Positions 18,718 to 28,815 are shown, numbered from the stretch's first letter. The stretch: DNA of 64,000 nt from an uncultured Gammaproteobacteria bacterium (GCA_964367355.1 CAYIWY010000002.1:71296-135295), one strand, 5' to 3'. Numbers and translations are program-made. Notes: generated from the letters alone by a model not told the origin.

Positions 18718-19296
18718 TCTGAAACTATAGCAAATCGGGTCGTATTAAACAAGTTACAAACAGCTCGACGTGCTGCGGCTCCAACTCCCATTGAAAGTAA
18801 GTAATGTCTTATAACGCCCTTCGGCCGATATTTTCTCGAAGACTCGAAATTGAAAAGTTTCTGTTTAAGTGTCATATATTGGGCGAAATATACTAGAGAG
18901 TAAATTCTTCTTTATGGATCAAAAAGATTTAGAGGCATTCGAAAAACTACTCCAGAAAAATCTAAAAAACGAGCTCCAGATAGAGCTTACACCTCTAAAG
19001 AGTCAAGTAAATGAGATGCAAGAAACCCTAGATACGGTTGCTGGTTCGGTTATAAAAATTGAAAACGAAATAAACCTCCGAGGGTTGAAAACCCTCGGTT
19101 TCTTCTCTAGGTTTTTTCCTCTCTTCACTTCATCCGTGGACTGAGAGTCCACGGTTTTCGTGAAGTCGGAAATAAAAAGTCATAACGATGCTTTGGATAT
19201 CGAAAGAAAACGAATCGATAAACACGACAAAAGAATAGAAATAGTTGAAGAAACCTTAGACCTCAGTAATTAATTTCCCAACAACAAAAAGGCAAT

Positions 19297-21858
19297 TTAT
19301 TCTCGATCTTCAATTTTCTTGTAGAAAAAGTGTTTGAATAGTTCAGTGGTTATAAAGTACCCAAGTAAAACAACTGTGACCCAAATCATAATTGAGACTG
19401 GCGGGACACTAAACTGGAAAAGTTTCTGTCCAATTGGCAGAAGTGGTAAAAGAAGTACAACGATGCCAGTGGCAACCGTAAGCCATAGAAGCCAACTGCT
19501 AGGCCGACTTTTGTAAAAAGGCAATCTCGTACGAATTGCAAAAGTTACCAGCATTTCAGACAAAGCCGACTCGACAAACCAAGCAGTTCGGAAAACTTCA
19601 GGGCTGGTTTGCCAGATAAATATTAAAGGTAGTATCAAAAGCAAATCGAAAAATGAACTAATGAATCCAAAAAAAGTCATGAACTTTGCAATAAACGGAA
19701 TGTCCCATTTTCGTGGTCGATGGGTAACTGATGAATCGACATTATCAGTTGCAATTGCTAAAAGCGGAACATCGGATAAGAAATTGTTCAAAACTATTTG
19801 GGTCGGAAGCAACGGGATAAACGGCAGCAACAGTGAAGAAATCGCGACTGTAAACATATTGCCGGAATTGGCACTAATAGTGTTTTGAATATATTTGGTA
19901 ATGTTGCTAAAGACTTTACGACCCTCAACTATTCCTTCTGAAAGGACTTTTAGGTCTTTTTCCAACAAAACAATATCAGAAGCTTCTTTGGCAACACCGG
20001 CTCCAGTATCAACTGCAATCCCCACGTCCCCGGCTCTCAATGCTGGTGCGTCATTGACCCCGTCCCCGAGAAATCCAACAATATGGCCTTCTTTGTTTAA
20101 ACTGTTCACAAGTTTAAATTTTTGCTCGGGTGTAACTCGGGCAAAAAGTGAGTATTTATTGGCCAAAACTTCAATTTCTTTATCTGTTAGTTTGGCTAGT
20201 TGATCACCGGTAATAACAATATCGTCTGACTTTTTTAATCCAATTTTCTCGGCTACATAAGCTACTACCGACGGGCTATCCCCACTCATAACTTTGATCG
20301 CTACTCCCAGATCGGCAAACAATGCAAGGCTGTTGGCAGCGTCTTCTTTGACCGGATCAGAAAACAGAATCAGCCCTTTAAGAGTTAATTTATCAATTTT
20401 TTTAACGTCGATTTCTTTTTCGGGGATTTCAGCGGTTGCAACAGCAATTACCCGATTTCCTTCCAGTTCGTACTCTGAAATTTTTTCAGTCAATTTATTT
20501 TTTTCTTCGTTTGACTGATTTGTTTTTTCTAAAACCGTTTCCCAAGCACCTTTAACTATAAAAATAGTTTTTTGACCCTCTCTAACAATCACACTCATAA
20601 CTCTTGCTTCGTAATCAAACTCATTTTCCTTAACCAGTTTGAAAGCAGCCAAATCTTCTTGAACCCGATCCAGATCAAGACTAGCCCAAAGAGCCTTATC
20701 CGTCTGATTGCTGGTGAGTTTGCCTTCAGTCGAAAAACCAGAAGAACACATCAAGGCTAAATTCAAAACCTCTCGTTCTTGTTTGTAACTAAGGTTTAGA
20801 TAATCAGCCAATGTAAACTCCCCTCTGGTCAGTGTCCCGGTTTTGTCAGTACACAAAGTATCAATATTCCCAAGATCTTCAATTGCCATTAACTTTTTGA
20901 CAACCACTTTCTTTTTAGCCATTTTTCGGGCCCCATGAGAAAGGGTGACGGTGATTATCGCCGGCAGCAACTCTGGGGTAATACCAACTGCTAATGCGAT
21001 TGCAAAAAGAAACGAGGGGAAAGTTCCTTTCCCAAGAAAAGCATTGGCCAAGAAAACAAAAACTGTCAAAACCAAAATAATTTTAAAAAGAAACGTGCTG
21101 AAGTTGCCGATTTGTTTTTGGAAGTTAGTTGGTGACTCTTTCCTGTCTAGTAAATGAGCTGTTTGTCCAAGCAAGGTTCTACTACCAGCTCTGACTACAA
21201 CCCCCACTCCTGTACCGGAAACAACGTAAGTACTCATAAACGCCAGGTTTTTTTGCTCCTGCGGAAGCAGTTGATCAGAAGAAATTTTTTCGATATTTTT
21301 TTCAACAGGTAGGGATTCACCGGTTAAAATTGCTTCATCAATGGTTAAATTGTTAACTTCAATTAAGCGCAAATCTGCCGGAACCCGATCCCCAATATGC
21401 AACTTGACCACGTCCCCAACTACCACCTCACTGCTGTCAATCTGTAACCAAACACCCTCTCGAAAAACATTGGCTCGGTGTGAAATATACTTTCCCAAAT
21501 TCTCAACTACCTTCTCCGCAGAGTATTCCTGATAAAATCCAAAAATACTACTCAAAGCGACTATTCCAAGAATTACCAAAGCATCGATTTGATCACCTAA
21601 AAAGAGAGCGACGACAGCGGCCAGTATCAAAATTATCACCAACCAACTTTTGAATTGTGATACTAAGAGTGCAAAGATTTTGCCGGATTTTTTCTTTTCG
21701 ATTGTATTTTTTCCAAAAAAAGACAGCCGCTCGCGTGCTTGTGAAGCACTTAAACCATCTCTTTTGGATTGGAGTTTAGAAAAAACTTCATTTTGGTCTA
21801 ATGACCAAGGGGCTTGAATTGACAGGTCTTTCATCTTCATTAAGTTTATAAGAACCAA
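19297..21858 (-). CDS. Cation-transporting P-type ATPase (P2/P3-type; Mg2+/Ca2+-like)
   Basis: TGESLPVEK, DKTGTLT, GDGVNDAPAL, ~10 TM segments. Confidence 0.9.
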   Translation of the reverse strand: MVLINLMKMKDLSIQAPWSLDQNEVFSKLQSKRDGLSASQARERLSFFGKNTIEKKKSGKIFALLVSQFKSWLVIILILAAVVALFLGDQIDALVILGIVALSSIFGFYQEYSAEKVVENLGKYISHRANVFREGVWLQIDSSEVVVGDVVKLHIGDRVPADLRLIEVNNLTIDEAILTGESLPVEKNIEKISSDQLLPQEQKNLAFMSTYVVSGTGVGVVVRAGSRTLLGQTAHLLDRKESPTNFQKQIGNFSTFLFKIILVLTVFVFLANAFLGKGTFPSFLFAIALAVGITPELLPAIITVTLSHGARKMAKKKVVVKKLMAIEDLGNIDTLCTDKTGTLTRGEFTLADYLNLSYKQEREVLNLALMCSSGFSTEGKLTSNQTDKALWASLDLDRVQEDLAAFKLVKENEFDYEARVMSVIVREGQKTIFIVKGAWETVLEKTNQSNEEKNKLTEKISEYELEGNRVIAVATAEIPEKEIDVKKIDKLTLKGLILFSDPVKEDAANSLALFADLGVAIKVMSGDSPSVVAYVAEKIGLKKSDDIVITGDQLAKLTDKEIEVLANKYSLFARVTPEQKFKLVNSLNKEGHIVGFLGDGVNDAPALRAGDVGIAVDTGAGVAKEASDIVLLEKDLKVLSEGIVEGRKVFSNITKYIQNTISANSGNMFTVAISSLLLPFIPLLPTQIVLNNFLSDVPLLAIATDNVDSSVTHRPRKWDIPFIAKFMTFFGFISSFFDLLLILPLIFIWQTSPEVFRTAWFVESALSEMLVTFAIRTRLPFYKSRPSSWLLWLTVATGIVVLLLPLLPIGQKLFQFSVPPVSIMIWVTVVLLGYFITTELFKHFFYKKIEDRE

Positions 21859-21895
21859 AACTCTCTGGCAATTGCCACTTCAAAAGTGTAATTTA

Positions 21896-21939
21896 GATAA
21901 AAAAAGAAGGGCTGCGGTAACAAGTTGTTACGTTGGCCC
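21896..21939 (-). terminator. Rho-independent terminator after the 21946..22326 gene
   Basis: Reverse strand reads GGGCcaacGTAACAACTTGTTACcgcaGCCC then TTCTTTTTTTAT. Confidence 0.55.
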
Positions 21940-21945
21940 AAATGT

Positions 21946-22326
21946 CTAAGAACTTACTGGAACTTTCCAAAGAGCTAAAGGCTCGTCGTTTAACCCTGCA
22001 AAATTCTTTTCCAGACCATGTTGCAGCATAAGGTGCTTCTTGAAACCTTCGAAAAGACTGAGAGCTTCTGTTACAGTCTTAACGTCAAAATCGTACCGAA
22101 AAATGGTTTCCAGAGGTTGGTCCTTACGGGCCGCAGCCACAACAACGTACAAGAATTCTGCTACTGCTGCCCAATCATTATCACCGTGTGCGGCTGGATC
22201 CGAACAAGCCAGACTCAGGCTTTCCGCCAACTTCAGAACGATGTGCCGAAGCAATTGCGTCGGCAGATGGATCATCGCATTAAGCGTATTCCCACCAACT
22301 TCGATTCGACTAATGTACTCTCCCAC
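21946..22326 (-). CDS. Hypothetical protein (126 aa, GC-richer)
   Basis: ORF preceded by a strong SD (GGAGGTAAC ATG). Forms a 2-gene cassette with 22339..22656. Confidence 0.4.
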   Translation of the reverse strand: MGEYISRIEVGGNTLNAMIHLPTQLLRHIVLKLAESLSLACSDPAAHGDNDWAAVAEFLYVVVAAARKDQPLETIFRYDFDVKTVTEALSLFEGFKKHLMLQHGLEKNFAGLNDEPLALWKVPVSS

Positions 22327-22338
22327 GTTACCTCCTTC

Positions 22339-22656
22339 TTAACCTGCAGGTGCTGCAGATTCATCAACTTCCCTTGTCAGCCAAATTTCCTTGTCGTAAT
22401 CCATTCCCTTGGACGGAAACACGGTGATGGTTGTCCAACCATTCTTATTGAGCAATTGGACAGCTGTGTAATCCCTCAACTCTATCTTTCTCCAGGAGTC
22501 ATTAGAGTCCTCTGGTATCATAGATACCAAACAATTTGGTGGGGGCCACGGACATACACTTTCTACGTAACCAGTGCGGATAGTAAGTTTCAGTGTCTGC
22601 TGCACTTGTTTCTCCCTTTCAACTAGACTTGTTGGGCACAATATTAACACAAACAA
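22339..22656 (-). CDS. Hypothetical protein (88-105 aa, GC-richer)
   Basis: ORF in the track. Alternative GTG start with SD (aagggagaaacaaGTG). Confidence 0.35.
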   Translation of the reverse strand: MFVLILCPTSLVEREKQVQQTLKLTIRTGYVESVCPWPPPNCLVSMIPEDSNDSWRKIELRDYTAVQLLNKNGWTTITVFPSKGMDYDKEIWLTREVDESAAPAG

Positions 22657-22679
22657 ACCTAAAAGTCAATTACTATCGG

Positions 22680-22708
22680 TTGATTAATTAGGTGAGGTGT
22701 GTTATACT
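22680..22708 (+). promoter_or_regulatory. Sigma70-type promoter TTGATT-N17-TATACT driving the DEAD-box helicase gene with a ~190-nt leader
   Basis: ttgattaattaggtgaggtgtgttatact. Downstream leader up to ATG at 22904. Confidence 0.5.
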
Positions 22709-22903
22709 ATTTTCTAGTTGAATTAGAACCCAGAGCTTTTTACAAACGTTCTCCCTTTCTTTTCTGCATTTAGCAGAACAGGTTTCTTTTGAAAATTAGC
22801 TCCTAAGATACTTGTTCTGTTTACAAATACTTTCCGTATCTTTAGTCTTCTGAGACGCAAGGCGCGAGTAGCGACTTAGAATATCTACTTCACAAAAGAA
22901 AAT

Positions 22904-24178
22904 ATGTTTAACCCAAACAATTCGGGCTTTAAGAAACGTGGTTTTAGTGGCAACCGTAATCGCTTCGGCAAGCCTTCAAACGGAGGCGGATTTAATCGTG
23001 GTTTCAACAATGGTCGTAGCAGCAGTTTTGCCAACCGTCCGACTAGTGGCCCAGCTAACCTTAAAGGTAAACTTGGCAGCCGGGACTCTCATCTTTTTAT
23101 TAAGAAAGCTGCTGAAATTACAACCGAAAGTGCTTACACACCACATTATAGTTTTGCTGATTTCGCTATTAATGATGTTTTGAAACGAAATATTATAAAA
23201 CGCGGTTACACCCACCCAACACCGATTCAGGATAAGGCAATCCAACCAATACTTGATGGTAAAGATCTTATTGGTCTGGCCAACACCGGGACCGGGAAAA
23301 CCGCCGCTTTTCTAATTCCCCTGATTGATAAAATGGTTAAAAATCGAAACGAAAGACTTTTAATTATTACTCCAACAAGAGAACTCGCCGGACAGATCAA
23401 TGCTGAACTAAAAGAATTTTCTTTTGGTCTCAATATGTATTCTTCACTAGTTATCGGTGGGGCCAATTTACACCGCCAAATGTCGGATCTCCGTCGTCGA
23501 CCAAATGTTGTCATCGGCACACCAGGAAGGATTAAAGATTTGATTGAAAGAAAAGCACTTTTTCTTTCTGATTATAAAAACTTTGTGCTAGATGAAGTTG
23601 ACTTAATGGTCGATATTGGTTTTATTAATGATATTAAATTTTTTATTTCATTGCTCCCATCGGTACGCCAATCGCTTTTCTTCTCCGCAACTATCCCTCC
23701 AAAAGTTCAAGAGGTTTTGCAAGCGTTTGTAGTTGATCCAATTACTGTCTCAGTCCAAACGCAACCAACAAGCGAGAATGTTGATCAGGATATTGTCCGA
23801 GTAGTCGATCGTAATAAAAAAGTTGAACTTCTTCATGACCTTTTGATTCAAAGTGATTTCAGTAAAGTCATGGTTTTCGGCCGCACTAAACACGGGATTG
23901 AAAAACTCAATAAACAACTCGAGCTGCGAGGCTTTAAAGTTGGCGCACTCCACGGCAATCGGACACAAGGTCAGCGCCAAAGAATCTTGCGCAGCTTTAA
24001 AGAAGACCAGATCAATATTCTTTTAGCTACAGATGTCGCTAGCCGAGGGCTGGATATAGATAATGTATCTCACGTTATCAACTATGATCTCCCGGAAACT
24101 TACGAAGACTATATTCACCGAATTGGCCGAACCGGTCGCGCCGACAAAAAAGGTGTGGCTTTAACATTTGTCGAATAG
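22904..24178 (+). CDS. DEAD-box ATP-dependent RNA helicase
   Basis: RG-rich N-terminus. Q-motif TPIQ, GLANTGTGKT, TPGR, DEVD (DEAD variant), SAT, HRIGRTGR. Confidence 0.9.
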   Translation: MFNPNNSGFKKRGFSGNRNRFGKPSNGGGFNRGFNNGRSSSFANRPTSGPANLKGKLGSRDSHLFIKKAAEITTESAYTPHYSFADFAINDVLKRNIIKRGYTHPTPIQDKAIQPILDGKDLIGLANTGTGKTAAFLIPLIDKMVKNRNERLLIITPTRELAGQINAELKEFSFGLNMYSSLVIGGANLHRQMSDLRRRPNVVIGTPGRIKDLIERKALFLSDYKNFVLDEVDLMVDIGFINDIKFFISLLPSVRQSLFFSATIPPKVQEVLQAFVVDPITVSVQTQPTSENVDQDIVRVVDRNKKVELLHDLLIQSDFSKVMVFGRTKHGIEKLNKQLELRGFKVGALHGNRTQGQRQRILRSFKEDQINILLATDVASRGLDIDNVSHVINYDLPETYEDYIHRIGRTGRADKKGVALTFVE

Positions 24179-24303
24179 ACAAATGCAGTCTTTCTGAAAG
24201 AAAGTATACTTTCGTAGGGAAGTCTTTTTCAATTAGTCTTTTTCGTAGCTAATCGTCTATCTACCTTCGTGCATCTTAAGAAGATTACAATCATGAATTA
24301 TAA

Positions 24304-24800
24304 TTTTTCCTTCCTTAGAAAGCAATTTAGCGTTTAAAGTTGTATAATCGGGTCAATTGAAAGGAGAAAAGTCGTGCCGGATATACCAATGCAGAAACTC
24401 TCTGTACTACGCTTTCTCGTAATGATGATTGAAAAACGTTTGCTTGCGGACGGATTAATGTTCAATGGCCATCTGTGTGTGGTACTCACCCACCCGGAAA
24501 AGAAACTCACCTGGTTGGTAAACGACGATCCTTTCTGGCTCTCGATCAAAGATCTTGGTAATGATTACCAAATTACGGTTCTGACCATAAATCAAGATCC
24601 ACCAACTCAGAGTTATCAGGTTTCGCGAGAAAACTTGCAAACTTGGGTCGAAGCAGCAAAACCCAACCTGGACGATTGGGAAAAAATTACTCTCTGGATA
24701 CGTGAAGGTTCTAAGAGAGAAATGGGTCAGATCCCTGATCAAATTAAAGAGTGTCTTGCCTCTTAAAACCGTACACAATCTGTGTGCGGTTTTTCCTTTA
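24304..24800 (+). repeat. Copy 1 of a ~500 bp duplicated cassette (promoter + 130-aa gene + terminator)
   Basis: About 90% identical to 28816..29315 by eye. Includes the extended -10 (aaagTTGTATAAT) and SD (AAAGGAG) ahead of the GTG start. Confidence 0.8.
24374..24766 (+). CDS. Hypothetical 130-aa protein (duplicated family, copy 1)
   Basis: Near-identical paralog at 28887..29279 (LRFLVMM.EKRL..DGLMFNGHLCVVLTHPEKKLTWL...). Followed by a hairpin + U-run terminator. Confidence 0.6.
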   Translation: MPDIPMQKLSVLRFLVMMIEKRLLADGLMFNGHLCVVLTHPEKKLTWLVNDDPFWLSIKDLGNDYQITVLTINQDPPTQSYQVSRENLQTWVEAAKPNLDDWEKITLWIREGSKREMGQIPDQIKECLAS

Positions 24801-24983
24801 TTTAAAAATAAATTCAAATTTGAGTAAAAAATAAGGGAAGAATAAATTCCTTCCCTTGTTAACTAAAGTTGTCACCAAACCCCACCTCTTCTGGCCATGT
24901 CTCGGATGTGATCGTCGTCAACATCCTCCCAAGTTCGCACTCGCTAAATCTTCTCTTTTTTTATCGGGTGTATAATCTCAAAA

Positions 24984-25406
24984 ATGTCAGAACTAAAGAC
25001 AAAAGTAAATTCCGACAGTGTTAGCGACTTCCTAAACTCTGTTGCCGATGAGACCAAAAGAGCCGACAGCTTCACCCTTCTCAAAATCTTTGAAGATATC
25101 ACAGGAGAAAAACCCAAAATGTGGGGCACTAGAATCGTCGGTTTTGGGCAGTATCATTACAAATCCGAACGCAGCAGCCAAGAGGGCGACTGGCCACTGA
25201 CTGGCTTCTCCCCACGCAAGCAGGCCCTGACTCTCTATCTCATGCTTGGACTTGAAAGTAATGACGATCTACTCGGAAAACTTGGCAAACACAAGAAAAG
25301 TAGAGGTTGTCTCTACGTCAACAAACTCGCCGATGTGGATGAAAAAGTACTATGGAAACTAATCGAAAAATCAGTAGTAGAAATAAAGAAAAAGTATAAA
25401 TCTTAA
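24984..25406 (+). CDS. DUF1801-family protein
   Basis: KMWGTRIVGFGQYHYKSERSSQEGDWPLTGFSPRKQALTLYLM matches the DUF1801 signature. Extended -10 (gggTGTATAAT) upstream. Confidence 0.6.
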   Translation: MSELKTKVNSDSVSDFLNSVADETKRADSFTLLKIFEDITGEKPKMWGTRIVGFGQYHYKSERSSQEGDWPLTGFSPRKQALTLYLMLGLESNDDLLGKLGKHKKSRGCLYVNKLADVDEKVLWKLIEKSVVEIKKKYKS

Positions 25407-25416
25407 AACTTTGCTT

Positions 25417-25986
25417 CTAGGTAAATGGGTTTTTGCCCTGTTCCAATCTTGGCAATAGCTTTTGCACTCTCAGTTTTCTAGTTTCCGCCTGCTTTGCACT
25501 ATAAATGTAGTAAAGAACCTGTTTTCGCAGCGATACAGAAAACTTTTCAAAATTCTCCTCCGCATTTTTATTTTTCGCGAAGACCTCTTTCATCTGCTCT
25601 GGCAAAACCAAATCTTCCACCACATCAAAGGCAGTCCAAGACCCATCTTCCTTCGCTCTCTCCACCACTCCAAGGCCCGTCCTTGTCATTAGACCATTTT
25701 TAATTAGTCTCTCAACTCTATCTTTATTGGACTTGGCCCAAATGCTTTTTGGTTTGCGAACCGATAGATATATTTGGGAGTGTTTCTCATTGAGTTTCTT
25801 GACTGTACTATCGATCCAGCCAAAACAAAGTGCCTCCTCGACAATGTCGTCATAAGAAAGTTTATCCTGCTTAGCGAACTTGTCGTGAACAAGCCAAATA
25901 CTTTTGACCTTATCGTGATTTTTCTCAAACCATGCTCGCCAAGTTCTTCTGTCGGTAAAGTAAATTTTCTGAACATCAATTGTCAT
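25417..25986 (-). CDS. YdeI/OmpD-associated family protein
   Basis: WRAWFEKNH...SIWLV...SYDDIVEEALCFGWIDS...RKPKSIWAKSNKDRVERLI. Confidence 0.65.
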   Translation of the reverse strand: MTIDVQKIYFTDRRTWRAWFEKNHDKVKSIWLVHDKFAKQDKLSYDDIVEEALCFGWIDSTVKKLNEKHSQIYLSVRKPKSIWAKSNKDRVERLIKNGLMTRTGLGVVERAKEDGSWTAFDVVEDLVLPEQMKEVFAKNKNAEENFEKFSVSLRKQVLYYIYSAKQAETRKLRVQKLLPRLEQGKNPFT

Positions 25987-26050
25987 TTGGGAAAAGTATA
26001 TCAGAAGAAAGCGAAATCAAACGAGAAAAAACCTGGGCTCAAGGGTTAAA

Positions 26051-26740
26051 TTAATTAGTAGATTTTAGCTTAATGATTAGAGGGTTGAAGTTCGTTTTCT
26101 TGTCAAAATAATCCTCTTTTTCCAATTTCTTTAACTTTCCAACTACAAAGTAAGTTGCCGGAGTCATTACTACTTCGATCATTACCTTGAGAAACCAAGC
26201 AGAAAGAATAGATTTTATTAAAAGCCCGCTTGGAATAACATTGTATAAAGCAATTGTATAAAAGGCAGTTGTATCGGCCGCCTGTCCGAACAAAGTCGAT
26301 CCAATCGTTCTCATCCACAAATGCTTGCCTCTGGTTAACACCTTCATCTTTGCGAGCACAAAATCATTAACAAATTGTCCGGCAAATAGAGCTACCCAAG
26401 CACCGATCACTACTCTGGGAACTTGTCCTAAAACCAAGGTGTAAGCAGCGTTGCCACCAAATCCTCTAGCCGGCGGCAGAAAAACAGCCAACTGAAAAAT
26501 TATTGCCGTTAGAACAGTGGAAAGTATCAAGATCCAGGTCGCCCGCCTAGCCTGTTTGTAACCGTAGACCTCGGTCAGGACATCTCCAAAGATATAAGTT
26601 ATCGGAATGCACAAGGATGCCGCTGACAAAGTAAAAATCCCAACCTGAATTATCTTTCCGGAAATGACATTGACAATCGCCATCATCGTGATGTCGAGAA
26701 AAATAATCAGATCTAGATACTTAAAGGCTCTGTTTTTCAT
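26051..26740 (-). CDS. yhhQ: Queuosine-precursor transporter YhhQ (DUF165/VUT family)
   Basis: PITYIFGDVLTEVYGYKQARR signature, ~6 TM helices. Confidence 0.75.
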   Translation of the reverse strand: MKNRAFKYLDLIIFLDITMMAIVNVISGKIIQVGIFTLSAASLCIPITYIFGDVLTEVYGYKQARRATWILILSTVLTAIIFQLAVFLPPARGFGGNAAYTLVLGQVPRVVIGAWVALFAGQFVNDFVLAKMKVLTRGKHLWMRTIGSTLFGQAADTTAFYTIALYNVIPSGLLIKSILSAWFLKVMIEVVMTPATYFVVGKLKKLEKEDYFDKKTNFNPLIIKLKSTN

Positions 26741-26798
26741 ATTCCCATAATTTTAATTATCTTTGGAGTTTTAACCAAAAAATGTTAAAATACCTGAA

Positions 26799-27503
26799 AT
26801 GCAGAATATTACTCCGCAAGCAAAGGCTATCTATCGTTTACTCTCGTCTGGGAAATCTTTAACCGCAGCCGAAATTTCTAGCCGGTTAAACATTTTTCCC
26901 AACGCTGTTTACCGCGGTGCTAAAGTTTTGGAAAAATTTGGCTTTGTAAGAAAGGTTGGCCGCTACCCTATTGTCTTCTTTGCATTGCATCCTGCTACAC
27001 CACTCGGCCTCTACGCTAAAGTTGTCAAAGATAGCTTGGCCGAATCTTTTTCCCAGACAACTCTACCCAAAACCGCAACCAACCTAGATGTTTCCTTTAT
27101 AAATAATCGGGCGGAGCTACTTGAGAAAACCAATATTGATTTTGAAAACTGCGAGAAGGAAGCTTGTTTAATTGTTTCTGGTTTAGAAGTTCCGGCGGAA
27201 ACCATGCTCGAATATAAGAAATCCATTGACCGCGGTGTCAGGGTCAGAATAGTTGTTCAGAATCTGGATGAAGTGAGAAAAGAGATGCTAAGCAATTGGC
27301 AGAAAATGGGGATCGAAGTCCGCCACTATCCTCTGATCGAAGCAAGAATCTTTGTCTTTGATGCAAAGGTCGCCTACATCAGCTCCTACAATCCGAATCT
27401 ACAAGAGGAAGGTCTGGGAGTTCGTTTTAATTATCCCCCAGTTGCAGCAATAATGAGTGATCTTTTCGAACAACGCTGGGAAGAAGCAAAAGAGATAAAA
27501 TAA
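26799..27503 (+). CDS. TrmB-like winged-helix transcriptional regulator
   Basis: N-terminal HTH (AKAIYRLLSSGKSLTAAEISSRLNIFPNAVYRGAKVLEKFGFVRKV) plus a C-terminal TrmB-like domain. Confidence 0.5.
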   Translation: MQNITPQAKAIYRLLSSGKSLTAAEISSRLNIFPNAVYRGAKVLEKFGFVRKVGRYPIVFFALHPATPLGLYAKVVKDSLAESFSQTTLPKTATNLDVSFINNRAELLEKTNIDFENCEKEACLIVSGLEVPAETMLEYKKSIDRGVRVRIVVQNLDEVRKEMLSNWQKMGIEVRHYPLIEARIFVFDAKVAYISSYNPNLQEEGLGVRFNYPPVAAIMSDLFEQRWEEAKEIK

Positions 27504-27535
27504 TGAGCAAAAACTTGGGTTAAATGGCTCTTTAT

Positions 27536-28276
27536 TTACTGCTTTAGAATCTCATAGACCTTCTTAAATTCCTTGTCATTTTGATTCAAATTATCGAGTT
27601 GTAGGCCGTTGAAAATAGTGGGCCCTAAACCATACAGTTTTAATCTATCGGTGATAATATCAGCTATATAATCTAATGGTTTTAAATGTTGATTATCGTC
27701 TTCAGTCTGAACCAAAATCCCATCTCTACTTAAAGATAAGATATCAAAGTAAACTCCGGTCACTGTTTCAGTTGCAGCTTTACGCTTGTATTTCTCTTTA
27801 AAAGGTAGTTTGCTTAAAGACAGTTTTTTGCCGACCACACTAATTATGCAAAGTTTTCTAAATGATAACGACTCGGCTAGCTTAAGGGTCTCTATGAGAT
27901 TTTCAATCGGTGTGTTTGTAAAAGTAGCGTTAGAGTTTAGGTTTGCGAGAAGCGGAACTTTTCTTTCCTCATAGCTATCCCTAGCAGTTAAAAGAGTACC
28001 TTCAAGAAGTACTTTTAAATCATCTAGAGATTTATTAGAACTTGGAACGGATCCGCTATTAAGCTTACTTGTTATCAAATCTTTTGATATTTCGTAAACT
28101 TCTTGAACTCTGCTTTTGCTTTTATCACTTAAGGATTTTTCCAAAACATCAGACAAAATAGATGCAAAAGCAGAACCTAATAACGATCCTCCTGGACCAA
28201 ATACTAAACCAAGTCCAGTTCCAACTGACCAAACAGCGGCCTTAGACGAAGTTTTTATCAAACTTTTCTTTTTCAT
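27536..28276 (-). CDS. Hypothetical protein (246 aa)
   Basis: Complete ORF, Gly-rich N-terminus. No family recognised. Confidence 0.5.
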   Translation of the reverse strand: MKKKSLIKTSSKAAVWSVGTGLGLVFGPGGSLLGSAFASILSDVLEKSLSDKSKSRVQEVYEISKDLITSKLNSGSVPSSNKSLDDLKVLLEGTLLTARDSYEERKVPLLANLNSNATFTNTPIENLIETLKLAESLSFRKLCIISVVGKKLSLSKLPFKEKYKRKAATETVTGVYFDILSLSRDGILVQTEDDNQHLKPLDYIADIITDRLKLYGLGPTIFNGLQLDNLNQNDKEFKKVYEILKQ

Positions 28277-28300
28277 TAGGAGAATTCTAACTTTTTCCTT

Positions 28301-28404
28301 CGCTTGAAAGCAAATAAAAAAGGGTCACGAGCAGAAATGCTCCCGACCCTTGATGAACAGATTGAATCTCGGTTCCCTGTTGTGTGCTTACTTTGGGGCA
28401 AATT
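28301..28404 (-). repeat. ~100 bp 3' repeat (gene tail + terminator), copy A
   Basis: Near-identical to 29327..29428. Reverse strand hairpin AAGGGTC-N18-GACCCTT + U-run. Covers the last codons (..FAPK*) of the 28388..28783 gene. Confidence 0.75.
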
Positions 28405-28783
28405 TACTTCCAAGTTGTCTGTCAAAAAAGCTGTTTTCGAATGGTTTCTTTGGAAGTTCGCCTTTCAAAAACTTAACTGCCTGAGAAATAACATCTGCCT
28501 CCTCAAAAAAAGGGTGTCCATGGATTTTGTAAATTTTCTGACTAAAGGCTAGTGTCCTCGTCCGATCCATAAAATCGTTTACATAAACAATCAGTTCGTC
28601 TGCCGTGAGATCTTCGAAACACTTCTTGCAAACAAAATTTACACCAGAGTTGTTACCTGCAGGAATGCTGTAACGCCCAACACCTGAGGAATAGAGTCTT
28701 CGCATACAGTGAAAACAGCGTCCCGGATAACAGTCCACTCCCAAGAAAAGCAGCAGTCTTGCATAGAAATTTCTCTCTGCCAT
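28388..28783 (-). CDS. Small Cys-rich protein (~131 aa)
   Basis: Start MAERNFY preceded by SD (GAAGGAGGaagaggaATG). C...C.C / C..C motifs. The longer ORF-track version (to 29023) is antisense to the 130-aa gene and is rejected. Confidence 0.45.
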   Translation of the reverse strand: MAERNFYARLLLFLGVDCYPGRCFHCMRRLYSSGVGRYSIPAGNNSGVNFVCKKCFEDLTADELIVYVNDFMDRTRTLAFSQKIYKIHGHPFFEEADVISQAVKFLKGELPKKPFENSFFDRQLGSKFAPK

Positions 28784-28815
28784 TCCTCTTCCTCCTTCTT
28801 TCATCGAAAGTATAG

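Noticed and set aside
22018-22626. 202-aa forward-strand ORF overlapping both small reverse-strand genes
   Set aside because: No SD, and Cys/Arg-rich low-complexity composition typical of an antisense frame. The reverse-strand pair has SDs and a terminator. The strand assignment still remains unverified; see the finding.
24334-24549. 71-aa reverse-strand ORF (and the N-terminal third of the 28388..29023 ORF) antisense to the duplicated 130-aa gene
   Set aside because: Both lie entirely inside the duplicated cassette on the opposite strand with no SD. Their mutual similarity is a by-product of the DNA repeat. The real reverse-strand gene at 28.4-28.8 kb starts at MAERNFY, which has an SD.
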